This document shows, piece after piece, positions 1 to 13,500 of a DNA stretch of 64,000 bases. The number at the start of each line of letters is the position of its first letter. Within the stretch, counting starts at the first letter, position 1. The notes under the pieces were generated by a model that worked only from the letters and a program-made list of their open reading frames with translations, ran no database searches and had not been told where the DNA came from. The DNA is from Pocillopora damicornis (lineage: Eukaryota). Position numbers and translations under genes: made by a program. The stretch covers positions 496,001 through 560,000 of the forward strand of contig NW_020844827.1 in the NCBI RefSeq assembly GCF_003704095.1, read 5' to 3'.

Positions 1-489
1 TGATGGTATTATTTTTTCCCGATTATTTTACATTTTTCTGTCGCAGGCAAGAATTTTTGCTACTTCCAGCTGATTAAAGCAAGCTCAATCAGAAATATTT
101 TATTTCCTGGTGTTGATATCGATTTGTTTGTGTTACAGACTATCTGAAAATGGTGAATTGAAAGTGGGTGAAAATAATTACACTCGTGGTATAGGACTTA
201 CGGTTTAAGTCGAGCAAATAACATGGGGGATGTCCCTCCGATGAGCAAAGGAAATAATTGTTTTTCGACGTAGACCCAAAGGATCAGGATTTATCAACCA
301 GTAACTTTGATGAGTCTATCATCTCAAGAAACGTAATTCCTTGACTGTGAAGTTTTTCGATGCCCTGTTTCCTTAAAGTGTGTGCTTACATCAGAAATTT
401 ATTAGTGCAAATATGGGCGGCCGTCACCACCAAAAATACAAGAATGTACAATAGATCAGCAAATACAAAGCTGGTCTAAGGATCAGCTG

Positions 490-1080
490 CAGCAGGATTT
501 TCCGAGAGAATCACAAAAGTTCTTCGAAGTTTCAACATCAAGGTCGCTCATAAGGTTATCCGCTCCATCTCGAGTATACTTTAAAAGCCAAAAGACAAGA
601 TAGAGAAAGAGGCTTCCAGAGGAATCGTGTACAAGATCGAATGTAAAGATTGTGATTGGGTTTACGTTGGTCAGACATCGTGCGCACTAAAAGCGCGCGT
701 GAAAAAAACGCAAAGCCATAGCAAAATTGGATGAAAACTCTTTGTTGGCCAAACACCATATACTTCACAGTCACCAAATAGATTTAGAGAGTGTTTAAAT
801 TGTTGACAGGCCATCGGCGTGGCGACAAAGACTAATTCTTGAAGGTTGGGAAACGCTATAAACGAACACCTAACGCTGCCAAACATATACAATAACATTA
901 AGAATTTTTAGAGCCATTAAAAATACTCCAGAGGCTATTGTTTCACTTAAAAAAAAAATTCCGTCTAGAATTAGTTTTATCACACATCGTGGACATGTAC
1001 CAAGCAGGACGCCGTCATACATTTGCATTTTTATCTTTGCTGAAGAAGGCAACAGTAGTAGCGGAAACGTCCAGAACAAT
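490..1080 (+). mobile_element. Penelope-like retroelement fragment (GIY-YIG endonuclease end)
   Basis: KPKDKIEKEASRGIVYKIECKDCDWVYVGQT...RLILEGW with frameshifts; CTGAAGA..GAAACGTC motif at 1040-1071. Confidence 0.75.
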
Positions 1081-1189
1081 ATATTTTTTAGCCAGTGTCA
1101 ACTTTTTTGATTCGTTTTACCAAAATTTTTGATATGCCTGGTTACACACCGAATATTGTTTATATTTATTACTTTAAAGAGGTTTACAT

Positions 1190-2015
1190 TATCACACAAC
1201 TTAAGCCAATTTACAAAATAGTCAAGAATCTTGCTCCTCGTTATTTAACTGAACTATTGCCCAAACTGTCTTGTGAACGTACGCGTTTTCGTCTCAGATC
1301 AAGAGATAACTTCACTCAACTTCGTTTGATGAACTTCTACGCTTCAAAAGTCTTTTTTTCCATCAGCAATCACTGACTGGGATTCTCTGGACCTAGATGT
1401 CCGAAACTCTGTAACTCTTCCCACTTTAAAAGCAAAACTCGGTCGATTTTCTTTCCGCATGCTTATCATAGGTTATATGATGGTTCTTTGTCAAGGCGTG
1501 CATCTGTTGATCACACCCCCCTTAGACTTGAGTTTTCTTGTGTAAGAGAATATCTCTTCAAAATTAATAGTTGTGTGTCGCCTATTTGCGAGTGCAGTTT
1601 TGACTCTGAATCGGTGAAATACTTTTTCTTGTACTGCCCAAGTATGCCGCTCAACGTCATGTTCTCCTTACCTCTCCTGCTAATATTCTAGGTGAAACAT
1701 GGTCATCGAGTAGCGATGCCAGGAAACTAAATTCTTTATTGTATGGTGTTGAGTCTGTAAATTACGACGTCAACTGTACCTTTTTTCGCGAAGTACAAAG
1801 TTTTATAATTAACACTGATCGCTTCTCTGAGGTCATTGTTTGAATGTTTAAATGTATTCCAAGCTTAGTAAGTTTAATTCGTTGTTATTGCAACTTGTGT
1901 GTGTTTGTTATGCCTGAATAAATTGATTTTATATTTGTAAAATTGTAATTCCCCTCGTAAAACCTAAGTACTTTTGGGAAAAACAATGATAACTATGTTT
2001 AAATAAAAAATAAAA
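1190..2015 (+). mobile_element. Non-LTR retrotransposon (LINE) 3' fragment
   Basis: YKIVKNLAPRYL..LRSR; LRL..YLFKIN..SPICEC..ESVKYFFLYCP, typical of a post-RT C-terminus; A-rich tail ~2000-2014; partial inverted copy at ~17005-17460. Confidence 0.65.
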
Positions 2016-2685
2016 CGTTTTACATTATATTACTTTGTTTATTGCGATGTCCGCACTAGCCTTCTTAAAAAGTGATGACTAAGGAATGGAAAAGAGCAGA
2101 GGGGAGATTTTTATGTATGCGCGCTAAACCAGCTCGGAAAAATGTTGCTTAGGCTACGCTATTTTTGGAACGCGGGAAAAAACCTTGAAGTGTTTCTGGT
2201 CCACACTTGTAATTGACGTTTGAACGAGAAAATAAAATAAAAATAGAATTTACCTTTACTATCACTGCAGCCAGGAAAAATAAATTCAAGATTTTCGTGC
2301 TCAATTTTTAGTAAATGTCTCAAATCACGCACATTGAGGCACAAAGCAACAATTGCACCTTTCACGCTATTTCTTGAACTAAAATTATAATTAAAAATTC
2401 TAGGAATTTGCGAAGTCAGAAACACAAGCCTTCGCCGTGAGTGCAGTGGTGCATAAATACAATGTCTACGATATGCGAGCTAAAAATGTCTCGATCGGTC
2501 GCTTTAACGCAAGATTCTACCAGATTAGGTTCTAAATCCATTTATCAGTAATCTTTACCCAAAAAAAGAGGTACAAAATCGACTGTCGAACAATCACGAG
2601 TACAAACGCTCGTTTAAGTGCACAAGAATATTATGGATCTAGTTTCGATTTCCATTCAATGCAAATTGCAATGAAGCATCCTTAC

Positions 2686-2710
2686 CGTAATATGAATATT
2701 CGTCATCCAT
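2686..2710 (-). CDS. Probable start exon (MDDEYSYY) of a further PARP14-like copy lying left of the window
   Basis: Homologous to 15907-15931 with the same acceptor (exon start 2767), ATG position and phase-1 donor GTAAGG; flanks 1-430 and 2290-3390 match the A1 upstream region. Confidence 0.55.
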
Positions 2711-3569
2711 TGTTGATGAGGCGCGAGCTTGAAACTTGTCCTTGATAACTTGTATAATTGGCGAATGCTGAGATGGAAAGAAAAAGATCTTTGTCACTAC
2801 TTACTCAAAGATTACAGTGAAAATGTAAGAGTATATTGCAGTATCAAACGAAAACATCTTAAGTTTACTATGAATTACAGAAGGCAGCTTCATATCTAAA
2901 GCTGTAGAAGATTTTGTCTTTATTTAGTAGTTAACACTAGCAGTCGTACATCCCTTTTGAGGGGACTTAAGGAGGATTATTTGCTTGTATTTTCTATTAC
3001 AAAGCCAGGAAATTGTTCCGCTCGCGAGAACTCGTGTTACTTGATACACCCTTAAAATTCTGAGAAATTATTACATCAGGATAATTCATAAGGAATCCAG
3101 AAAACTCACCGTCAATCTTTACAGTTTTTCAAGCGAGGATTCCCATTCTTTTCCCTACAGAAACACTGTCATAAAATAACTCATTCGTATGCACTGTACT
3201 TTTACTTTGAATAAAACCGTAGTTCCGGTTTTTCTGGGAAACCGTGAGGGAAAAAAGAGGCTGGGAACTGGGAGAAAGCCAAATTGTGACTTTCCTTTCC
3301 GTGTGTTATCTGTGAATCCAGTTGTTTTCAGCCATGTTTTTTAAGACACGGAGAATGACAAAACAGCATAATTAAATTTTACTTCTCTAATAAACAGAAA
3401 ATTAAATGAATGTGAGCGGAATGGGTAACCTCATCACGAGAAGAAAACTGACATTGTAGCAGCTAAAACTGCGTGCGTGATCTGAAATGTTTCGCTGGTC
3501 AAACCAAGATTGTTACTTAGCGTAATTGTAAGTTGACGTGGTCATTTTCTCCTACGATTTAAAAAAAAA

Positions 3570-4350
3570 CCTTTGGATAATTCGTTCATACTTTGCCAAA
3601 TTTTGCTGACTATCTCTGTCACGCCACTGTGTTCACCCTGGACAAGAATGACACCTGCACACGTGATCAACAACTTCGCGTCAGTGAACTTGGCGAATCT
3701 CCTAATTTTGATGAGCTGTGTTTTAAAGAGCTTAACATCACCTTTGAGCTCGATCTTTTGGAATGTGAAGGCGTTTGCGAGACCTTTTCGAAGTCTCTCT
3801 TTTAACAGCGATCTTTGTGGGGCCAGCGAGTTACATTTTTATTTCGTCCTTATTTGCGGATCTGGCCCAAAATCATGTGGCAAACGAGGCTTCTTTGCGG
3901 GTGACTCTTCAGTTTGCACAGGAGGAGGAGTTGGAACCAATCTTTTCGCCGCTTCTTTATGGACATGACTTGCAGCAATCGATACTTGTGTGTGAACTGC
4001 ATAACCCCCTTGGAGCAGTAAATTTTGTCAATGTGGATTGCATTGTCTTCTTGAACGTTTTGCGGCTTGGCAAGCGACTTGCTTTTGGTGTTTGGACGAC
4101 CGTTCTGAGAAAAGATCATCGGAAAGTCAAAAACAATAGTCAGGAACACTGTACAAAAGGGATCAAGAAGCACATAGAATTTAACACCACATAAAGTCGA
4201 GTATGCCTGGAAGCTAACGAAGTACACAGAGTCGAGGCTCGAACTTTGCGTGTGAAATAGTTTGCAAAAAACGAATGTGATCTTTTTCACTTTAACTCTT
4301 GCAACTTCTCGTCATAAAGGCCTTCTTCGCAGCCGCTCTTTTGAGACATT
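3570..4350 (-). pseudogene. Fossil PARP14-like pre-WWE KH-like segment
   Basis: Minus frame LRKGLANAFTFQKIE...VILVQGEHSGVTEIVSKIWQSMNE aligns by eye with LKKGFSDACT...IVVRGGPTEVPGIVGEIWKEIKE; upstream stop codons; a more deleted copy lies at ~29940-30185 (+). Confidence 0.55.
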
Positions 4351-5061
4351 TCTAAAATAATGAAAAATGATGAAAAACTAGGAGAGGAATATTCTATTGC
4401 CGTTTACTCCGCGCGCAAGATTTCAAATGTAACTTTTACACAGTCTTGGGTTTGACCGTGTATGAACCATGAGGAATATTCTATTGTCGTTTACTATGTG
4501 GTTAAGATTTCAAATGTAACTTTGTAAACAGTCTTTACTTTAACTGTGTAATAACCATCGCCCTCGCGATGGCCAGAAAAACCATACGGCAAATGACACA
4601 AGATTTACCTTGTTACACGTGCCCTTGCTCGGGTTGGCTTGCTGACAAGCTGGGAGGGTATCAAAAGTTGGAAAAAGACTAAACAGTCCCCTTATAAAGC
4701 GATTATTAAATAAATATTTAGAGATTTCGCTTATAATTGCAGAGTCGGTCACAATAGTATTATTACTACAGAGGTAAATCATTACACGATATCAAACTAC
4801 AAATACACTTATCCTTGTTTTGAAAATGGTGGATGAATGACCTAATGTTATTCGCCTGTATTTATCTGTGAAAAGCTGATTTCTCTTGAGGCAGGCAGAA
4901 ACAGATAGGGACAGCCTCAAAGCCGAGAAGGAATAAGATGGGAGGTGTGAATGGGAAATCANNNNNNNNNNNNNNNNNNNNNNNNNNNNNNNNNNNNNNN
5001 NNNNNNNNNNNNNNNNNNNNNNNNNNNNNNNNNNNNNNNNNNNNNNNNNNNNNNNNNNNNN

Positions 5062-8000
5062 AGCGTATCGAACAGAGTAGTGAGCGTCTCTGGCGAAATA
5101 AACACCACGTCCATAAGCCGTGCCTGAAAAAAAATAGAATGTTCAATTTAGAGAAAAATATCAACAAAACCATACATTCGGTGAAGTTATTTCTTATAAA
5201 AGAGGCAATTGTATTCTTCTTCTATTATTACAGCTTTTATTACCAATTTTTGGCTCCAAAGAGTGATTTTGCCTGAGCTCATTCAACGTCTCAGTGACTT
5301 GTTAGGACAGGTAGACAAATATATTAATAGAATTGTGGCCAAAACACCATTAGTCTCACCAAAAAATTGCTTTAACTTGTTAAGAGCAATCGCTGTAAAA
5401 TGTTGCTTCAATGCTCCTTTTTAACACACGAAGCTTTCGAAATGAATGATCCTAGCGGGACGTGGAAGGCGTGCCAGATATTAACCACGTGAAAACCCTG
5501 CTCATCATAGAGTATGTAGCTCAATAGTAAAGCGTTGAAAAATGAAATCTGAAGATCTGAGGTTCGATTCCTCACAAGTACTTGAAATTTTTCCTTAATC
5601 CCACCCCGTAGCTAGACGAGAAAACTTCTCCTCTATTTAAAATTTCAGTGACTTACCATGAGCCCCACAGAAGCTCCTGTTGAATCCTTGTGTGTTGATA
5701 TGGTTGATATTTTTAGCATCAGTCCCATGAAACAGCTGTCTTTCACTATTTCCTCCAGAATCTTTATATATTTTCTGCTTTCGTACCATGTAAGACTGAT
5801 ACAGATGAGGATTCTGTACGCGTTCAATCTTCTGAATATTTAAGGCACCGGCTGTAGCTTGAAACTTACGTACCACATCTTGATACTCAGGAGAGCTTGG
5901 GTGCAGTGGTACTTTATGTACAGTGGAGTCATGGCTGGGCATTGGTGTCCAGTGCTTTGGCAGAGCAATTCCTACAGAAAGGACCAAAAGATTAGAATGT
6001 TGAAATGAAAACCCATCGACTGAAGTTAAATTTCAACATCCAAGAACATATTCAAGGTAAGACACATTCAAGATCATCAAGAAAGCTCAGTGGGGACATT
6101 TAAGGACAGCTTTTCTGAATATCCCCTTCCTGTATTACATGTTTATTACCTTAAACGTCCTCTGGGACATGAAGTAGCTCTTCGTCCTTTCTTAAAGCTT
6201 ATCGAAACATCCTCTTCAAAAGAAATGCATAGCAACTAACCTTCATCAGCACCCTTCACCTTTCTTGTCAGTGTTATTTGTTCAGCAGACATTTGTCCAC
6301 GTCCAGAGTTTTTGTTCAAGTCGATGACAAACTTGTCTCCTCGTAGAGAAACTTGCACTGTGTGCTCGTCTTTGCTATGGGCCAACTCAATCTTGGCATT
6401 TGCTTTCGGAGCGAACGCCATTTGTATGCCTTGTATTTCATAGCTCCACTCTATGTTCTTTGAAACCAACTTCGCTTGTTCTTCCTCCTGCTTCCTCTTC
6501 GTCCTCTCCTTGATCTCTTTCCAGATCTCCCCGACTATTCCAGGAACTTCGGTTGGTCCACCACGAACGACAATGCGATCAACGTCATCTTCAATTTCAA
6601 GTTTGACGTCACGGTCTTTAGCCTTTTTTCTCAGGATATCTTTCTGCTTATCGGAAAGCTGACTGACGATTTCATCTTCGACTTCTTCCGTTGTACAGGC
6701 GTCAGAGAAACCTTTCTTCAAGGACTCCACGGCTTTTCCCACGCTCACCTTGTCTTTGCCGATCACAGAAATTTTTACAGAATGTTTATTACTTTGGCCT
6801 GGTGCCTGCCTACGTCCACGTCTTCGGGTTTGCCTGGCTACTGCATCCTCTGAGTCACTGTCTTCTTCAATACCTCGCACCAGTTGTTTCTTCTGCTCTT
6901 GTAGAAACTCCTGCATCATAGAGGCCTGGAACACGACCACTCTTACTTTTTTAATATTTTTACAGCGGGCAATGAATGCGCTTAGTGCTTTGAACGTCAG
7001 TTGGGCTGAGTCCGCTGCGGTCAAGCCGTATCCTCCTGTGCCAACACACGGAATTGAGATCGCTTGAAAGTTATTGGCGTCCGCAACGCAAAGACCCTCC
7101 ACCAAACATTGCTGGAGATGTTGCTTATCTGAGGAGCCTGGAATTATGTGAATAATATGAGGTACTCGTAAATTACCTCCGCTGGTCATTTTCGCTGTTC
7201 CAGGAGGCTGCTTTCCCAATTTGTTGCATTCTAGTTGCACAAATGGACCACTCTGTCTTGCTATGGCTTTGCTTAGGTCTCCAGCATTATTCATGTTCAT
7301 GTCCGTGCTGTTGATATTCATGATAGCGTCAGTGCTGTTCTCTTGCGTCAAATCACCATTTATCACCTCGATACTGAACAGGCTAGTTAAGGTTATGCGC
7401 TGAGCCACACCTACTTGTGGAGAAAACGAGTGCCTCTGATGTTCTTGCTGAAATACCGACAGCATTGGAGACTCGAAGATTACGATCCTGACCTTGTGGA
7501 CACTACGGAAACTTCCACTAAAGTTTGTCAGGGCCTTAAATATCAGGCTGGCCGAGTCCACTGCAGAAACATGGAATGCACCAGTACCAACTGCGGGAAT
7601 CGAAATGGATCCAAGACTATGCGTCTCTGCCAGCCGAAGACATCTTTCAACACACTGCTGGAGGTGGTCTTTATTATTGGTGTCTGGAATTAAGTGAATA
7701 ATTTTCTGCGTAGGGAGATTTCCACTGCTGGTGATCAATGCGGCTCCACCTGATTGCTGTCCAAACTGCTTCAACTCAGTCTCAACCTGTGGCCCGGCTA
7801 GCTGTTTCACTGTCTGGCTCAACCTTCCAGCACTGTCCATATTCAGGTCTTTACTTGTTATATTCACTATGGCATCCGTAGTTTCCTGGCACAAGTCGCC
7901 CTGCAAGACTTCAATGCTTACACCCGATGTCTCCACCGTTTGCTTCCTTTTAAAGAGTGTTCTGCTCACAAAATTTTTGAAGACAGAGGGGCTACTTTGC

Positions 8001-10461
8001 TTGGGTTGCAGTTTTTCCATCTCTTGTTTGAAGGCAGCAATTAATGCTTGATCTTGGTTAAACACGACAAATCGTATGTCCCGTAAATTAGAACCAGGGT
8101 TGGTTTTGCAGAAATTGACTGTTTCATCCAGCATGATTCTCGAGGCTGCATCGCGTGGGAAGCGCAGGTTTCCAGTCCCAATGACAGGAAATGAAATGGA
8201 GTTGGCTCCAAGCATTTCGCCTATTTGCAGACACTTTTGAACGATGGCCCTTAGCGTCTACAAAAGATGAAATAGAAGTTGTTGAAAATCTTTTCGTTCC
8301 TATGTGATCTCAATAGCAATTCTCCACACTGTCTTCTGTACATTTCTTTTGAGTTTGGCACTTAAAATTTGGCGTTAAGTCATGCAATATCCCCTTATTG
8401 GTATATTTTACTTCTTCCCGTCACCTTTCCGGTTGATAATGGATTGATAATAGGAGGAGAAAAAAAAATGACTGGTCACTCCTTAAAAGAGTGACCTTAA
8501 AAAGGTAAAAAAACACTGACTCCCCTTCAAGCTATTTTTAGTTTTCTTGGAATTTGTTTTCCGGGGATCAAAGTTATCTGAAACTTAAATTTTGTTAACA
8601 TTTTTCAGAGGATATTGAGAGGGCGCCATGCAGGATGTTCACACCAGAGAACATCAGGATCAGGATCGAGGATGTTTGAATTATAACTTCACCGAAATTA
8701 CCTTTAGCCCTAATTAATTCTTTCTTGGTAGTGAAAATTTCACATCTCATTTTGTTTTTTTTCTAGGAAGATCTTTGCTCTCACTAACTCTACAAAATTT
8801 CTGATTAAGATTTTCGAATGATACCAGAAACTGAAAGTTACTTTATGCAATAATTGTGTCGTTACATATACGATTGATCATTCCCGAAGAGAATGGTCCT
8901 GTTACGAAAGAACAACGAACCGACGCTATTTATTCTATTCCTTGCAATGACTGTGATAACGAGTATCGAACAGACCAAACGTCAGTTTGGTACACGTTTG
9001 AAAGAGCATCAAAAAGCGGTTTTCTTTTATAAAAAAGAAAATTTAGCTTTATCGGAGCACACATGCCTAACCAACCCTACAATTCAGTGGGATGTCTAAA
9101 ATTATCACTACTAATCGGCGTTACCACCAGCGCCTTTGTTTGGAAGCCTGGCATATTAACTCCGTCCACGCTCCTCTAAATCGTGATGATGGCGGCTTAC
9201 TTCCTGACGCCCATTTACACCTCGTTAGAAAAAAGGCAGCTAATTGGTGAGCGTATAAAGGGACCTCTGGTTGCAGCGTTTAGATCACCCCTGATGAAGG
9301 CATTAGACAGGAATGTCGAAATATTGGGTCTATGAATTGTAACTTCTCGGTTACATTCATTAAATCTTTAAACCAGAGTAGCATCAAACCATGTCTGACA
9401 TGACGGAATGTTTGACGATAACCTACATCGGAAATAACATCAAATCGAGCCTGAACAGTCTTCAGTTGCTGTATGCTACAAGAGAATGTATAGGATTCGC
9501 CAGTCGGGCATCCGATATCGTTTAGGCTTTAATCAAATCTAAACAATAAGTACTCTTCAATGTATTTTCATTGTTTCTTACCGGCTCCCCTCCACCGTTG
9601 TTCCACTTACAACAGTTAGCGAGAATCACGTGACTGACCGAGGAAAAACCACCTGAGACAGTGATGTCACCAACGTTGGGGATTTTGGACCTGGGGCCAC
9701 CGGTGTTAATGATTGCTTTATGGCATGCTCCTAGAGAACTGACAAGTACGTCAGCCTGGAAGACACAACCAAAAAAATATTGTCAGTGCTTCATGAACTT
9801 CTTCAATATGGTTGACTGTAATCATTATCAGACTTGGCACTCCTTATTAGAGAGGCGTTACATAATGTAACCACACTCTATGAGCAGAAAAGAGCTAAGT
9901 GCAGAATTAAAATCCATATAAGAGGAATGGTAAGTTTTTGAGCTCGGTGAAGAAATGAAGAAACATTTTTTTCGTCTTGTCCCATGCTCGTGGCAAGACG
10001 AAAAACATCTCTCTTTATTTCTTTACGGAGCTCAAAAACTACCATCTCTCTTGTTTCCATCTGCAAACATTACGCTATCGACATTGCTGATCCTAGCAGT
10101 ATGCAGGACGCGTGTTATATGAACTTCGTAATAGACCTCTCTCACCGTGAAATCTCTGTGGCTCAGTGGTAGAGCATCGGAGCGCGGAATCCAAAGGTCT
10201 GAGGTTCGATTCCTCATGGGGACTCAGATTTTTTTTCTTTGTCACACGCTCGTGACAAGACGAAAAACATCTTCCTTTAAAATCCATATATGTGCCAACA
10301 AGATCCTCTAAGTTATTTTCGTAAAATATTCTGCTGGTGTGAAGAAATCAGTGAGTCCATCTTACCTTCTCTTCTCCTATGTTTCCAGGTTTCCACGACA
10401 CTCTGTACCTTTGGGCTATTACCAGGGTAGACGAGTCAGTTCCAGTAGTGGTAGCGTGGTC
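5062..10461 (-). CDS. PARP14-like: Gene A2 3' part: PARP14-like Macro x3-WWE-PARP (5' part in gap)
   Basis: Exons gap/10461-10366, 9755-9582, 8257-6241, 5971-5657, 5123-gap; LFHGT and GTAYGRGVYFARD. The last codons probably lie at 50329-50307 on a misplaced contig. Confidence 0.9.
8885..9430 (+). mobile_element. Penelope-like GIY-YIG 3' fragment in an intron of A2
   Basis: YSIPCNDC..QTKRQFGTRLKEHQKAV..LEAWHI; hammerhead-like motif at 9281-9330; partial copy at 60650-60945 (minus). Confidence 0.8.
9925..10278 (+). mobile_element. tRNA-derived SINE-like repeat
   Basis: A box tggctcagtggtagag and B box ggttcgattcc at ~10158-10213; degenerate relatives at ~5450-5630, 27055-27230, 34035-34100, 45965-46150. 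Confidence 0.7.
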
Positions 10462-10561
10462 NNNNNNNNNNNNNNNNNNNNNNNNNNNNNNNNNNNNNNN
10501 NNNNNNNNNNNNNNNNNNNNNNNNNNNNNNNNNNNNNNNNNNNNNNNNNNNNNNNNNNNNN

Positions 10562-13500
10562 CAATTTGCTTGGGTTGCAGTTTTTCCATCTCTTGTTTGA
10601 AGGCGGCAGTTAATGATTGATCTTTGTTAAACACAACAAATCGGATGTCCCGTAAATTAGAATCAGGGTTGGCTCGGCAGAAATTGACTGTTTCTTCCAA
10701 CATGATTCTCGACGCTGTATCACGTGGGAATTGTAGTTTTCCAGTTCCAATGACAGGAAATGCAATAGAGTTGGCTCCAAGCGTTTCACCTGTTTGCAGA
10801 CACTTTTGAACGATGGCCCTTAGCGTCTACAACAGATGAAATAGAAGTTGTTGAATGTTGGTGGCACGGACAATTTGGTGGCAAGAGGGGACCTGGTAAA
10901 TTTCCTTATTCCTATGTGATCTCAATAAAAATTCTCCACACTGTGTTCCATACATTTCTTATGAACTTGGCAGTCAAAATTTGGCCTTAAGTCATGCAAT
11001 ATCCCCTCGTTGATATTTTTTTACCTCTGTCTGTCACCATTCTGGTTGATGATGAACTGATAATGGGAAGAGAAAAAACTGACTGGCCACTCCTTAAAGT
11101 AAAAAGATTAAAAAACTGAATCCCCTTCAAGCTATTTTTAGTCCTCCTGGAATCTGTTTTCCGGGGATCAAAGTTACCTAAACCTTGAACTTTATTAACA
11201 TTTTTCAGAGGATAATGAGAGGGCCCCAGGTAGGATGTTTACACAAATAGCATTTTCTTTTGGGATCAGGATCAAAAATGTTTGGATAACAACCTCACAG
11301 AAAGTAGTTTAGTAGGGAAATTTCACATCTCAATTTGTTTTTTTTCTAGCAAGATCTTTGCTCTTACCAATTCTACAAAATTTCTAAAAAGGAGTTTCAT
11401 ATGATATTAGAAGTTGCAAGTTACATTATGCAATAATCCTGCCGTTAAATATTCGATTGATCATTCTCGAAGAATTCGGAGAGGAGTGAGGTAAACTACA
11501 TCGGAAATATCTAAAATCGAGCCTGAGTAGTCTCCAGTTGCTTTAACCTACAAGAGAATGGATAGGCTTCGCCATATGGGCATCCAACGTCGTTTAGCAA
11601 AATCTTACAGCAAATATAAACAATGATTACTCTTCGATGTATTTAAGAGAGGTCCTTACCGGCTCCCCTCCACCGTTGTTCCACTTACAACATTGAGTGT
11701 GAATCACATGACTGACTGAGGAAAAACCGCCTGAGACAGTAATGTCACCAACGTTGGGGGTTGCGGACTGAGGACCACCGGCATCAATGATTGCTTGATC
11801 GCATGCTCCTAGAGAACTGACAAGTACTTCAGCCTGAAACACAACCAAAAAATGTTGATGATTTATAAATGGTGGACTGTTGTCGTTATCAGACGTGGCA
11901 CTCTCAATAAGAGAGACGTTGAATAATGTAACCACAGTCTAAGAGCAGACGAGAGCTAAGTGAAGAACTAAAATCGATTCATATACCAACATGATCCTCA
12001 AAGGTATTTCCGTGAGATATTCTCCATGTGTATAGAAATCAGTGTCAATCCTACCTTCTCTGCCCCTATGTCTCCAGGTTTCCAGGACACTCTGTGCCTT
12101 TGAGCTATTACCAGGGTAGACGAGTCAGTTTCATTGATGGTAGGGTGGTCATCCTCAGCATCATCGTCGCTGTCGCCTGAAGAGGTAGAAGCGTCGGATA
12201 TGGTTTCGAGGCGCAACTCCTCGTCTCTTCCTCCTCCACCTAACTTTTTCTTGACTTCTATGGCACAATCTTGATCTTTTTCCACCGATTTTACAAGCTG
12301 ATCTCCTTTTCCACTGTCAAAATATTTTCGAAGGCCTGGCTGTTTCACTTCAAAGGTTTTCAACTCAGTAGAATCTATCAGAGCGTCGAGCTTCTCTCCC
12401 ACACGATTCAAACCCTCTATGTTTCCAGAAATAATAAAATCATCATCATCTTTTCCCTTTTTAATACTCACTACAAAATCTTTNNNNNNNNNNTCTATGG
12501 TGTGTAGATCTTCTTGACGTAGCTCAAGAAGATACCTTCGCATAAAATCAGACGTGCACAAAAAACGTTCTTCCCTAATGCAATTGTTTTCAAGAAAGNN
12601 NNNNNNNNTCTTTATCACTTCGGTCACGTCATCGCGAAACCCAACTACGTATATATCGTTCCAGTTGTTCCTACGGACACGGGCAGTCGTTTTGTTCATC
12701 TCGTCACAAAACTTCAGCCATTTAGATGACTTCAAAAAATGCTTGCTCTTCTCGTCCACTTGAATTTTCTCTTCCACCGTCAACTTGTTCACGAGCCTCG
12801 CCGCGTTGTCTGTATGCGCTGCTGAGGACCCCACTATAGTAGCGTCTTTCTCAACAACGAACACTGCTTCCACGTTGTTTCTTTCCAACTCACATTTGAC
12901 AGTCTGTAGCCCTTCATCTGAGACTAAAATCTCCAGGATGTTGTCGGATAAAGTCAGTTTCTTCTCGACCATATTATCCATTTGTTGATAGAACTTCGTG
13001 GTTGCTTCATTTAACTGTGGCTGGGGACCTTCGAAATATATTTCTTCACCTTCAGTATCAAACTTGATCTTCAAATCCTTGTTCTCTTCTTGGAGTTTCT
13101 CGGCAAATTTTATCTTCTGCAGCAAAATTAAGCGCTCCTCGGGAACATCTGAAATTTTCTTCTTAAAGTAAGCTTTTCGGGCCTCCTTAGGCTTCTGGCT
13201 CACTCGAGATTCACTGACCCCGGTTGCAGTAGCTCCTATGTCACCGGAATCCTCGGCTCCATCAACGTCATCGTCTTCTAGAAACTCTCGGTAAGCTTTA
13301 ATTGACAGCTGGGTTTTGTCAAACTTATGAGGTTTCTTTTCATGTCTGGTTAACACCCTTTCCATATCTGTTGATTGAAGCAACTAAGTGTCAAGAATTT
13401 CCTTAAGGAAGTTGTTTGTCGTTTCACAACACTTCATGACACTTTAACTTGAGAGAGACGCACAGACTTAGAACGATGGGGTTATTGGGGCAGAGAAGGT

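Noticed and set aside
6453-8051. Many antisense ORFs over PARP exons (also 22-26, 32-36 and 46-48 kb)
   Set aside because: Shadow ORFs of the real coding strand
10157-10225. tRNA-like sequence
   Set aside because: Embedded in a longer dispersed repeat with several degenerate copies and no convincing acceptor stem; treated as a SINE
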